Positions 1 through 11,503 of a DNA stretch of 37,478 nt are shown piece after piece (within the stretch, counting starts at the first letter, position 1; the number at the start of each line of letters is the position of its first letter). The stretch is from positions 63,968 through 101,445 of the forward strand of contig CAXIUT010000037.1 of assembly GCA_964035545.1 (NCBI GenBank). The letters run 5' to 3'. Source of the DNA: Bugula neritina (taxonomy: Eukaryota > Animalia > Bryozoa). The notes under the pieces were generated by a model, which worked only from the letters and a program-made list of their open reading frames with translations, ran no database searches and was not told the origin of the DNA. The translations under genes were made by a program, and so were the position numbers.

Positions 1-113
1 CCCAACCCCAACCCCAACCCCAACCCCAACCCCAACCCCAACCCCAACCCCAACCCCAACCCCAACCCCAACCCCAACCCCAACCCCAACCCCAACCCCA
101 ACCCCAACCCCAA
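1..113 (+). repeat. Left telomere, (CCCCAA)n
   Basis: Perfect C4A2 tandem repeat at the window start in chromosome 5'-end orientation; C4A2 is the established telomere repeat of Tetrahymena and many other ciliates. Confidence 0.98.
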
Positions 114-208
114 TATCAATATCTTTACTATTACTTCTTATAAGATGCTCTCTTTATTGCTGTTTGATAAATTAGAACATAAATTGAATCATATAAGTAA
201 GTTATACA

Positions 209-3200
209 ATGTCAAAATACAAAAAGCCAGTCGAGCTATCAATTCCTGACAGTTATGAATTAGGTTTCTGTCCTGTCAATCGTCGTTCAGAGTATCCTTT
301 CACCATTTTTAACCCTAATGCTCGTCCTCTTACATATCTCTTCAAATTCACATAATTCGCAGTCAGTCCATCCAAAGGAGTTCTTCTACCTAACACTTAT
401 AGTCAGTTTAAAATAGATTTTGCACCCAAGTAAGCTTCAGTTACAGTTGGAACAGTCATTCTTGAAGTCGAAGGCGAAGAACAGAGAATAATAAAGTTGA
501 GTGCAGTTGGAAAATATCCCTATATTAGTACAAACATGTCATAGATTGATTTTGGAAACGTGTTGGTAACTAAGTCAGTGAGTCGAGAGTTGTTAATTCG
601 AAATAATTCTGAAGTACCAGCATAATTCAGGATATAAAACCAGGGAGGTGATGGATAATACGATGAACAGTTGTTTGGATTTCATCCTGATGTGGGTATT
701 ATTCCTCCTAAAATGACATTTTCTGTAAAAGTAAGCTATACTCCTATATTTGCTGATATTAAGACAGCTGCATCGTTTAAAATAATATGCGAAAGTGGAA
801 ATTAAATACCTATTGGATTGAAAAGTTATAGTCATAGATTTAATGTGTCTTTCAATACTAACTCAATCAATTTTGGATAAATCAAATTGGATAATACTTG
901 TACTAAAGTTTTAACTATTACTAATAATTCAGAAATGAATACTTAGTTTTAATTTTTTACAGATGCAGGAAATATCTTTTTGTTCAATTAAACTAAAGGC
1001 ACTCTGGCAAAAAATACATACACTAAAATTATTATCTAATTTAGACCCAGAAACACAGTTACTTATTATGAAAGAATATATTGCTTGATAAGAAACCATC
1101 TCTTGTGCTATGTAGATCTTTTAGGAACTTGCTATGATCTCCTTATAAGACCCTTGCCTCTTGTCCAGCAGCATGTTGATACCTTCAGAAAGAGAGTTAT
1201 TGAAGGTAGAATTTCAGCTATTGAACTCAAGTATATTGAAAATAATCTGCTTCTTAAACTAGCGAAGAGAAATAGTGAAGATACTGAAGAAAACTTTTAT
1301 CAAACTAATTTACAAATCAGAGAGCATCCATATGTCCTTCAGAAATAACTCTTTCTTGAAGGATATAACAATCAACTTGTGTCAGTTAATCATGATCTCT
1401 TAGATTTTGGATATGCTTAGATACTGACCATGTCTGGACAGAAATAAATAGAAGTAGTTAACAAGATGCAGTGTAAACTAAATATCACTTGGATAACTCA
1501 GAAAAGATAAAACCTGAATGGTTAATATATGACAGTATTCCAGGTTTTTCCTGAAAATGCAGTTCTAAAACCTAATATACCAGTTAGATTTAACGTTTCT
1601 TATCGACCTCTCAAAGGAAATAATTACTATTTCCAACATTTGCAATTCTTTGCCAGTAAACAGGCAAGCAAAATATCAAAAAAAACACTTTAATAATTCT
1701 AATATAGATAACTTAAGGCAAAACCTGAAAGTACTCTTCTCAGAAATGTTAAATTGAACCAGACTGTACAATCTAAAGTTAAATAAGATGTAGAATCAAT
1801 TGAAGTACTACCTCCGATTAGTGGAATTGTGAGATGTGTGGGTCATTCATTTGGTCCTAGTTCTCTGCCATTTATTCCTATTCTTAAAATATTACCTCCA
1901 AAGGTTATATTCAAGCCTTGTCTTAGGGGAAATTCAGTTTATGATAGTATTGAACTGATCAATCAATCTGACACTCCTGTTTTCTTCAAAATAGGAGGAG
2001 ATTCTCAGAGAGTATTCAGAGCTTACCCAAGAATGGGTTTAATATAAGCTAAGGGATTTTCTATAGTTGGACTCTAGTTTAGTCCAAAGTAGTATAAAAA
2101 CTATAAATCATCAATGTCAATTTCTTTAAACGATCTTCCAGGTGCGAATTCTAAGATAGTACTGAATGGAATTTGTACTTAGCCTGATTTAAAATTTGAG
2201 AATAACGGTAGAATATTTTTTGCTCCAACTTTTACAGGAGTTTGTACCAAAAAGAAATTTATAATTGAAAATTTATCAAAAACTAAAGTAACTTATCGGA
2301 TCAAAGTGCCCTAAAAATATGAAGAATAACTAAGCTTTTAACCTAAATAAAAATAACTTTAAGCTAATGAAACATATACCATGAATGTTTTCTTTGCTCC
2401 AAATCAAAAAAGACACTACAAAATTAATGTTCCTGTTGAGGCTATTTAAGACTGCATCTCTCATAATTTATAATTAGGTTATCACAATCCTGGATCAGCT
2501 ATTCATGAATAATCTATGGCCTAACAAAAATGTAAAGAGTTTAATTTAGAAGTTAATGGATAAGGTTCAGATGGAAGTATTCAGATATCTCATGAATAAA
2601 TTGACTTTAAAACAGTTAAAATCGGTTAGCAAAAGAAAATAACTGTAAAACTTAAAAATGAATCAAGTTGTGCCTTTTTTATTGATCTTCAATTCAAAAA
2701 TAACTGTTTTGATGATGGATATAAAATACCTACTTAAGCTCAGATCATAAATGCTTTTAACACTGATTTCAAAGAAGGAATTTTGCCTGTTAATTCTTAA
2801 ATATAAGTTGGTATATTTTTCAATCCTCAAGAAGTACAAATTTATGATTTAAAATTAATAGCAACAGCTAGATAAAAAATACCTACTCATACAGGTATCA
2901 AAGGTAGAGGATAGAGTTCACAAAAATGTAATGTTAGAATAAAAGCTGAAGGAAACTATCCTTTAATGGAAATAATTGATATTAGAAATGATACTTTGAG
3001 TGTTGCTGCTTTATGGTAGAATTTCCAGATAGCTAAGATTAATAGTTAGATGGGATGTCAACTTGATATGAATGAAAAAAAATATTTAGCTGTAGAAACA
3101 CTAACATTTACATAAGCTAAATAATTGGAAAATAATCTTAAACATTATGATTGGAACCTAGGATATGTTTCAACTAAAAATAAAGCTAGACCAAGAAAAG

Positions 3201-4793
3201 TACTAATTACAGTTAAAAATGTAGGAGGGACACCTCTTGATTATGTATTTAAATTCCCTTCAGATAATAAAGTTTAATAAGAACTATGGGCCGATCCTGG
3301 AGAACCAACTTAAGAATAAGCATATTAAAAGGCAATTCTTGAACATAATATCTTCCAAATCAAATCTAAAAGAGGAAGACTTGAAGCTGGCTAAATAAAA
3401 GATATAGAACTGATATATAGTCCTGTTCCTCTTTAAACAATGAAGTCAAGTGGTCATAGCTAAGTTCATTTCTTGCAGGTAGTTTTTCAAATAGCTGGAG
3501 GAAAATCTTTGGTATTTACTCTTAAAGGAACAACTTTGGGTCCAAATGAAGGTTTACTTACAGTTAAAAAAACTCATTATCATCTTCCAGGTACTCCAAT
3601 TGGCTTAATGACTCCTTTGAGATTTCCAATTGAGATGAACAATGTTGGTTCAATCAAGGTAAACTATAAAACTGAAGTCAAGTATGAATAAGGATAATTT
3701 TAAGATGTTTTTAAAATATAAAATCCTAATTATTTCTTGCTTGCTGGTGAGAATCACTATCTTTATTGTCTTTACAAACCTTTAATAGCTAAAATTTATA
3801 ATTTTACTGTGCTTTTGCATGTATTTGACTTCAATAAGGAGATACAAGTTATCTAACTACACTTACAAGGAAGAGGATTTCCTCAGAGCAAAGCTATTAA
3901 GTAACTTTCAGATCGACCTATTCTAGGTCAGAGAAGCACTGTGAGTTAAATTGGTTCTAAGGTCTTTTTCTCAATTGAAGATATTGACTTCCAGGATATG
4001 TGTCCTGAGTAAACCAAATATCGACTTGTCATTCTTTACAATATGTCTAAAGAACATTCTCTAACTTTTGACTTCCCAACTCAATCTTCAATGGCTGCAA
4101 ACAAGCAAGGTCTGACCTGTGGAGATAAATTTCTTATTTAACCTTTCCAGGGTAATCTTTAACCTGGTAAGTTTGTTGAGTTAAAGATCACCTTATCAGC
4201 TGGCATATCTCCAAGTTTCTATTAAGGATAAATTCCATGTCATATTACTTGGTCGAGCAATAAGTACTCGATTGAGGATAATGATCGAACACAAAAAGAT
4301 GTGTTGATGGTTGCCCAAAAGTAATCATTATTTTTGAGGATCAGAAAGGCTCCAAATTTAGCCGTAATATGAATTTTATTTAGGTAAAGAAAAATCTGAG
4401 TACTATGCCTGTATTATCTGATCCAAAAAAATCTTTATTCGACCATATTTTCTAAAGTATATTTAGCAGTGCTCTTAACGATGAATAGATCAATGACTAC
4501 GTAAAAAAGTTATAGAATGAATAATGTCCAATAGCTGATATGATGAATGATGAGTTGCCGATTGGAATAGGATCATAAGTATTTTTTAATTTATATAGGC
4601 TGAAGATAGGTAGGTTGTTGAGGTGAAGAGAGATTATTCTAACTTTTAGTGGATGATGTTAAACGATTAGTTTTTGGATATTACTGAAATAGTGATGTAA
4701 AATACCTTTTTCAATATTATTCAGTAAACAACTCATCAAGAAAATGATTTCCTTCGGGTGGGAAAGAAGTTCATTCAGGCAAACAAATTATGA
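209..4793 (+). CDS. CFAP65: Cilia- and flagella-associated protein 65 (CFAP65/CCDC108), ~1514 aa
   Basis: With TAR=Glu, exon 209-4363 is open for 1385 codons; 20-nt introns at 4364-4383 and 4579-4598. Repeated Ig-like (ASH/MSP-type) segments, motifs ELGFCPV, SAVGKYP, CYVDLLGTC, C-terminal MENTFFNIIQE. Track ORFs at 1085, 1829 and 3473 are all in this frame. Confidence 0.85.
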
Positions 4794-4832
4794 TATATAA
4801 GATTTTATAATCTATATTTATATTCATCAATC

Positions 4833-5417
4833 ATGCCGCCTAAAAAGAAAGTATAAGCTCCTCCTCCACCTCAGCCACCTCCTCCAGAAAAAGTAGCCAA
4901 CACTATCCTTAAAATAATTACATCTGAAGGAAAAGAGTTCAAAGTAAGTTAGTAGTTATTTACTAAATATTCTCAAAAAGGAAAAGATCTTGTTTAGCAT
5001 GCGAAAGACAACATTATTAAGTTAGAGGAAATCGATGGTCAAAGCTTTTAAATAGTAGTAAATTACTTTTAGATGCATAAAGAAAAATAGCCAATGAAAA
5101 TAGTAGTGCCTATCCGAAGTAATCAGAGTTTAAAACACATAATGTAAGAAAATGATGCTTAGCTAGTTTAAAAAATTAGTAGTAATGGTGATCATGCCAT
5201 ATTGAAAATGATGGATACCTGTCTAACTTTATAAATATAGTCTTTGAGGAAAAGATTGGCATGTGCTGTGGCTTTGAAGTTGATGAGATCAACTATTGAA
5301 GATCTAAAAGAAGAGTATAATTTGGGATAATATGGTTTTGATGAGGAAAGTATGCGCAATTCAATGAAACCTTTGATATAAGAGTTGAGAAAAAATAATA
5401 TGGAAGAATAGATATGA
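4833..5417 (+). CDS. Divergent SKP1-family (POZ/BTB) protein, 194 aa
   Basis: MPPKKKVEAPPPPQPPPPEK...LKIITSEGKEFKVSEE...IKLEEIDGQSFEIVVNYFEMHK...RLACAVALKLMRSTIEDLKEEYNL; intronless. Confidence 0.75.
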
Positions 5418-6031
5418 TCAGTTTATTTCTTAAAATTATGTTTATTGGGATTGGACCTAAGGAGTAACTCCATTTACAGAACTAGAGTCTCCAGGCGTTC
5501 CGGTATTAACGTTCCATCCCAAATAGTAATTTAGTCCGAAAAGAACAGCCCAAATTATTGCTAAAATTGCCAATACCCAAGCGAGACATTTTTCCATTTT
5601 TTTAATACCACCCAAGCCTAATTCTTCATCTGAATAAATGAGAAGCAGAGATTGGTTTTTACCAAGTTTATTGTAAACTTCTTGGATCGTGGGACCAGGT
5701 TTTAGCCGAACATACTTTGTTTTTTATTTGACTTAGTGTAGACAAAAGAAGACAAGTCCTTTTGTTTGTATTTGTTCATAAAGCCTAAACATAGCCTGTT
5801 CTATTTTAAGTTATCTTTTGAATAGCATGCTAAATACTAAAGATAATACAACGGGTTTGTTGGTTCTTTTAAAGATTTTGATGCTTCTTTATGTTTTGCA
5901 AAGTAAACGGGAATACAGTCAGGATGTTTTTGTTTTAAAAAACGCATATGTTGTCTTTAATTCTCGATATTTTGTCTTTAATTTTATTCATTTAGTTTTT
6001 ATGTTTATTATTGATTTGCTTCTTTCTCCAT
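5418..6031 (-). CDS. ATG8/LC3-like ubiquitin-fold protein with C-terminal transmembrane helix, 197 aa
   Basis: 20-nt intron 5830-5849; KQKHPDCIPVY (cf. KYPDRIPVI), TIQEVYNK...LLLIYSDEELGLGG, then hydrophobic CLAWVLAILAIIWAVLFGLNYYLGW. Confidence 0.7.
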
Positions 6032-6089
6032 CAATTATCTTTTGATTTATATATATTTAAATTAAATGAGGAATTTGATAATATTACTA

Positions 6090-7732
6090 TCAATCATTCT
6101 TTGGATTTTTATTATTATGACTTTTAGCTAAAATTGAACGATTAAGTGAAGATTCTACTCTTCTGCTTTTTCCTCTGACAAAAACATCTTTTTTCCTGAG
6201 TTCTAATCCTAAACTTACAATATATTCTCGATTTTATCCTCCAATCTTTCTACTTTAAATGATTCCCATCAAAGCTATTGGTTTTTCATGAGTAGCAATA
6301 TCAAAACTATGTTTTTTACACTTAGGTATACTTCTTGAGCTGCCAATTTCCATAAGATAATCTTTGGATGTAACTATTTTGATGAATTCAATTCCTTTAC
6401 CACAAAATAAGTCCATTGATGTGATATATTCGTATTATCCGAAGGTATGATCGACTGTTTGAATATTAGAAAATTGAGTAGGAATTGAAAATGTTTAAAT
6501 AGTCTTTGTTTATTGTTTTAATTCTTTTATTATTTAATTCTCATATATTTCATAGTCAGTTGTCATCGAAAGGACATGTTAATCACTATAAGTAAATACT
6601 AATCTTTTAATTTTATAATTTTTTTCGACAGGTAATTTCGCACTATCATCGAATTATCGATATATTCCTTGTCCTCTACTAAGTCCACGGAATTACTTTC
6701 TGGTTTAAAAGAGACTTCCAGAAGAATGCATCACTTCTTCAGAATATCTAGCTGTTTTTATCGGTTAGAGAGTGTTGAAATTTTTCCTTTATTTTTATTT
6801 AAGTCTGAAAAGCATAATATTACCTTCTTTTTCTTTTCTAGATATTATTTATTTTGTTTATGCTAGTTCTCTCTAAGTAGTTTTCAATTTAAAGCTAAGA
6901 TTGTCTATTTAGTGTTTATTACTTTTATCATTCATTTTTTTAGCAGTTTATAAACTTTTAAACTTCTATTTTAGTTTTTATAGTTATTAGTTGATTACTG
7001 AATCATTATTATTTTTTTCTTTTGACTTTTCAAGAGGTTTAGTAGATATTTTATTTTCAAGACTAAGGATGTGTTCTCTTAAAGACTTGATATTTTTTTC
7101 TAGTTAATCTTATTTCTTTTTTTGTTCTTGTATTTTCTTTTTCATATGAACTATTTCTTAATTTTGCTGCATTATTTTTTGCGTGAGCTATTCTTCTTTT
7201 TTATAGCTATCTGCATTTTTTTATTGTTTATCTAATTTTTAAAAAAGTTTGATTTGAGCTTTAAGATCTTCATTTATTCTTTCTTTTTCTTTGATTTCAT
7301 TTTTAAAACCGTCAATTTTATCCCCATCAAGATATTTATATTTATATCTAAGTTGTTCAATCTATTTTCTTAGAATACCATTTTTTTTTATTTCGTTTTA
7401 TAACTATTTTTTAGTTAAATCAACTCGAAGATCAGCTCCTTTATGCTATTCTTATTTTGGTTTATGTTGCACTTTTTTGAGAACTGAGTTAAGCTGCTCA
7501 TTTAGCTGCTTAAAATCACTTTTAAGAGTTTAATTTTGCTTTTTCTGGCGCTGTATAAGTTTCAACCTTATTAAATCATCTGGTACATTTCAGAGATTCG
7601 ATTCTGGTATTTTTTAATAATTCGACGCGTGCCTTCTTTCGATTCCATCTCAGACTCTACAACCACAATCTAGGAGCGTAGTGATTCGTAAGATGCCTGA
7701 ATCTCCTTATCATTTGTATTTCCTTCTTACAT
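6090..7732 (-). CDS. Coiled-coil protein with C-terminal jacalin-like beta-prism domain, ~540 aa
   Basis: 20-nt intron 7567-7586 restores frame; E/K-rich N-terminal half; C-terminal GQGIYREFDD...EYEYITSMDLFCGKGIEFIKIVTS...PIALMG...YIVSLGLEL. Confidence 0.6.
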
Positions 7733-7954
7733 CAATATAAATAATAAAACATATCAAATCATAACTCATTAAAAATAGAGAAAAAATGACACTATTAAAA
7801 ATCATGGGCAAAAAGAGGAAAAAAGAATAATATCGATCATAACCTCTCTTTAGATATCAGAATATCTAAATAAATAAATTATTGAAATAGCTTAATTAAT
7901 ATAATCTATATTATTTGGTATTCTTTATTTTGATTCAAACTATTGATTCATAAA

Positions 7955-9433
7955 TCATCTTAACATATGTTAGTTGACCTCTTTTTGGTCCAAGATGGAG
8001 TTTTAGAATTCTTTATAAGATTAAAGCTAATCTGTTTGCTCATGAAAGGCTATCATAAGCTACCTGATTGATTCTGAATGCATGAAATATTTTGATTCTA
8101 CAAGTAAATCGGCATTCCACATTAACTTTCTTATATCATCCATCTACTCAGGGAATTGTATTAGATAAAATATCATCATTTCAAGGAAAAAATTCATAGC
8201 ATATTGATTGCTGAAGTAAACTTCAATTATTTCTTTCTTTTTACTTGCAGATAACTAGGTTTTTCCAAACCATCTAAGAAATCTTGAATTTGCTCCTATT
8301 GAGTTTGTTTAGATAAAGCAGAAGAAAGTTGAAGCTTTCTGAAGAATATTTTTGTAGAGATTGAGGATAAAACTAAATTTTATATTCTCAGCTATTTCTG
8401 CCTCAAGGAAGCTATCAACAGTGATTTTAAAGATATTTGCAAGTTAACAGTGTTCAGTATTCTTATAGATTATACTAAGAAGGTTTTCAAAGATTATTTC
8501 ATAATCTTCACTTAATAGCATATGGAAACATTGACTTTTGCGACTTTGCTTTCGAAGAAAATCTAAATAGATAAAAAATTACGAGCTAAGCACGAGTAAG
8601 TAAGCACAAGGTTGAATGGATTAAAATTTTAAGCCTTTTTTATCAAATTCAATCGATCAGCAAAACCTTTAAAAAGAGCATTCAAGAGTTCAAATGAGTG
8701 ACTTTATGATTTCCCTAAGTATTCTTGAAAAAATTCTAAGAAAGAAGTTATTTTTCCTGTTCTGTTAAGCAAAAGTCCTAAATATATTTCATCGTTAATC
8801 ATTTCTCTTTTTTGTTTTCTTATTTCATAAAGACAGTCGAAAAATAGTTCTTGTAGATTTTCATCTTGAGCATGACTTAGATGATGGTCTAAATTAACCA
8901 ATATCATTTTTGATATTTGAATGTCTCCATTTTGAACTTCTTAATCGTATCTTTGATGTTTTATATATCGATAGACTAGTTCAAGTATTGATCCAATTGC
9001 ATCTTATGAAAGTCTTCCCTTCCAACTATCTTTGTTTTCCATCTCAAGATATTCATTGATGATAAAAAGAAAGTCTAGTTCTAATAGTTCATCATCATCA
9101 AGATTGTCTGTCATCATGACAAAACCATGCAGTCGAAATAATTAAAATTATGAAGCTAAAGATCTTTCTTTTAGTTCATTGAAGAAAATTCTTCTTTGCT
9201 CTTTACAGTCAGTGATTTCCACAAAGTGTTTGAGTAGGTTTTAGATGGTGAGTTAGTTGCTTATCATCAAGTTCAATATATTATACCAGTTCAAAATCAT
9301 AATAAGATATACTTACCTCCTTTTTAAATTAGGAAATAATAATAAAATGTATTAATTATCATCTCTTTTCATGGCTTAGATAAGATGTAACTTCCTCATT
9401 ATTTCTATAACAAAAATAAATACTATTTTTCAT
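7955..9433 (-). CDS. Hypothetical alpha-helical protein, ~480 aa
   Basis: Open under TAR=Glu with introns 9405-9423 (19 nt, 5' end uncertain) and 8563-8582 (20 nt); includes track ORF 8704-8907; no motif recognised. Confidence 0.65.
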
Positions 9434-9564
9434 CACTCTAAATTATTTCAAAAATCTTCGAAAATAAAATTGCTCAATAAAAAAAACTTTTAATAGTAAA
9501 AAGGCATTCGTTGTCTTTAGTGTCTATGTAGTTAAAAATAAGTCAAAAAGAGATTTAGAATATT

Positions 9565-9570
9565 AAAAAA
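9565..9570 (-). terminator. Pol III oligo-T terminator of the 5S gene
   Basis: TTTTTT on the minus strand immediately after the 5S 3' end. Confidence 0.85.
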
Positions 9571-9690
9571 GGGCTGTCGTCACACGGACTTCCCAAGCGG
9601 TCCCCCACCTTAGTACTAACCGTGCCTGAAGCCGCTTAACTTCGGAGTTCGGATGGGATCCGGTGCTTTCAGCTTAGTATGGACGACAGC
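9571..9690 (-). rRNA. 5S ribosomal RNA
   Basis: 120 nt GCTGTCGTCCATAC...CCGGATCCCATCCGAACTCCGAAGTTAAGC...TTAGTACTAAGGTGGGGGACC...GACGACAGCCC; terminal helix GCTGTCGTC/GACGACAGC; box A and box C present. Confidence 0.97.
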
Positions 9691-9826
9691 AATGTTTTTG
9701 TTTACCTAACTCTAAATGCTGTTCCCCCACCTCAATTTTTTTATTACCTTTCCTTTCACATTGTTGATTTTTTCCTACTCTTCAACAATGATATATTTCA
9801 ATGATAAGTAAATGAATAAATAATAA

Positions 9827-10764
9827 TCATACAAGAGGATCAAAGAATATGATCTAATCTTCCATTTAATTTAGTTCTTGAGGAGTAATTGTTTTGTTTT
9901 GAATTTTCATAGTATATCTCATTAAAACTACATAAAATAAACTATACTGCGTTGATATCCTTCCTCTATTTTGTTAATCTTCATCTTAACTACTGGATCA
10001 TTTCTGAATTTAATTGTTGCGTTCTCATAAACTGCAAAAGCAGGTTCAAATTATGAACCAAGACCTTCTTATTCTAAGATCTATTCTTGCTCTTTTTCAT
10101 GGTTTCCTAGATCAGTAAGCAACTGAGGATTTTGTGCAAGTTCTTCTTAAGTATATTCGGTTAATTTTTTGAAGACTGATACTTGTTGAAGGTAAGATTC
10201 TAACTTAAGATGATTTATACTTTTGGTGATTTGATTTTGAATGGCAAGGAATTTATCTGTAGTCAAAGATGAGGGGATGTTAACGTTAAAGGTTGGCATT
10301 TTTCCTGATAATGATAGTTGATAATCTCTTTCTTGTTGTTTGACTAAAAAACTGACTTCTTCATTGTCTTGATAAGTTTATAGACTTTTATTAAAGGCTT
10401 CTCCTGAATGAAAACATATTTACCTGTAATACTTTATTTAATGCAGATTTATTAGGTAGCTTTTTATACTTCTTATTTAATTTTAATGGGTGACTATGGT
10501 CCATTGATGAACATTTCAACCATTTGAGCATTGATATTGTTTCTGGTCTGTCTTGCGATATTGAGTGCGAAAGTAGCTATTTGTTTATACATGATATATT
10601 TTTATTTTCTTAGCAATTTTAGAATTTTGATTACTTTTTCAACATTAAGATCTTGTGTATTGCGTTCTTCAAGGATGTTCTTGATGAAAAGACCAGCAAC
10701 ACCTATATTCAAGAGAATTTATACCTGTTGCTACTACACCCACTCCTAATAAGGCGTATTTCAT
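9827..10764 (-). CDS. Hypothetical protein with N-terminal signal anchor, ~291 aa
   Basis: MKYALLGVGVVATGVAGLFIKNILEE...; introns 10703-10724 (22 nt), 10404-10423 (20 nt) and 9928-9947 (20 nt) give a continuous frame. Confidence 0.75.
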
Positions 10765-10973
10765 CGATTGTAAGAATTAATAGTGGTAAAATCAACAACT
10801 GTATTAACTTATATTATTAGAACCAAATAATAAAATATATTAGTGATTAATAATTATGCTAGATTCTAGTTATTTGATTTCTTAATTTCGATATTATAGT
10901 ATTTAAGCTAATTGTTTATGAATGATATTATTTTTCATATTAAATAAGAATTAATATTCAAATGGAGGTACAA

Positions 10974-11446
10974 TCACTGGTAAGCTTTCTTGCAGGCTTC
11001 TTAATAGGTTAGTTTGCTTATTTTTTATGGTTAAAATGACTTATTTGCTCCACTACGATCTATCATCCATCTAAATAATTCAATTGATACTTTGCAGCAT
11101 TAGAAAAGGTGGATACTTTGACTCCACTGATTTTACCTTCTGCCACTTCTTGCTCTTTGATATTATTGGGGTTAACATAGGTATCCTTGGTCGTTGAAGT
11201 GTATTTGATATCATTAGGAAGCTAAATTCCTTTGTTGAAGTTTCCTTTATTGCAATTTTCAGTGATTTTTCCGTATGTTTTAGCATAGAGATTTTCTGAT
11301 TTTACAGCTGGAATATATCCCACATATCCTGGAATATGTGCATCATTTATTTTACCTGAATCTAATGACTCATTAGCTGCTTAGTTTGCTGGCATGTATC
11401 CCATGTATCCAACAATAGGGTTCTTTTTTGATTTAGTATCGATCAT
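10974..11446 (-). CDS. FAM166/CIMIP2-like axonemal microtubule inner protein, 150 aa
   Basis: PIVGYMGYMP and HIPGYVGYIPAVKSENLYAKTYGKIT (PGY-G-P repeats); 20-nt intron 11071-11090. Confidence 0.8.
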
Positions 11447-11503
11447 CTTAAGAAGTTATATATAATTTAGAATAAAAATAATAATAAACAATCATCATCA
11501 ATT

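Noticed and set aside
114-211. CFAP65 possibly cut at its 5' end by telomere addition
   Set aside because: There is an in-frame TGA at 185-187 and a clean ATG at 209; a shorter N-terminus cannot be judged without ciliate orthologs
593-835. Track ORF on the minus strand, and similar ones (5818, 6669, 7291, 10531, 12835, 15580, 20966, 24754, 27363, 29047, 31584, 32849, 36159)
   Set aside because: Antisense shadows of real genes; produced by applying the standard code to a TAR=Glu genome
209-4363. General TGA=Trp recoding (Blastocrithidia- or Condylostoma-like ambiguous code)
   Set aside because: No in-frame TGA in 1385 codons of CFAP65 exon 1 and Trp is TGG in the conserved proteins; only one candidate site (21075) exists
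7786-7977. Small plus-strand ORF MTLLKIMGKKRKKEEY...
   Set aside because: No recognisable motif, overlaps the 3' end of the neighbouring gene, and short ORFs are common when only TGA stops
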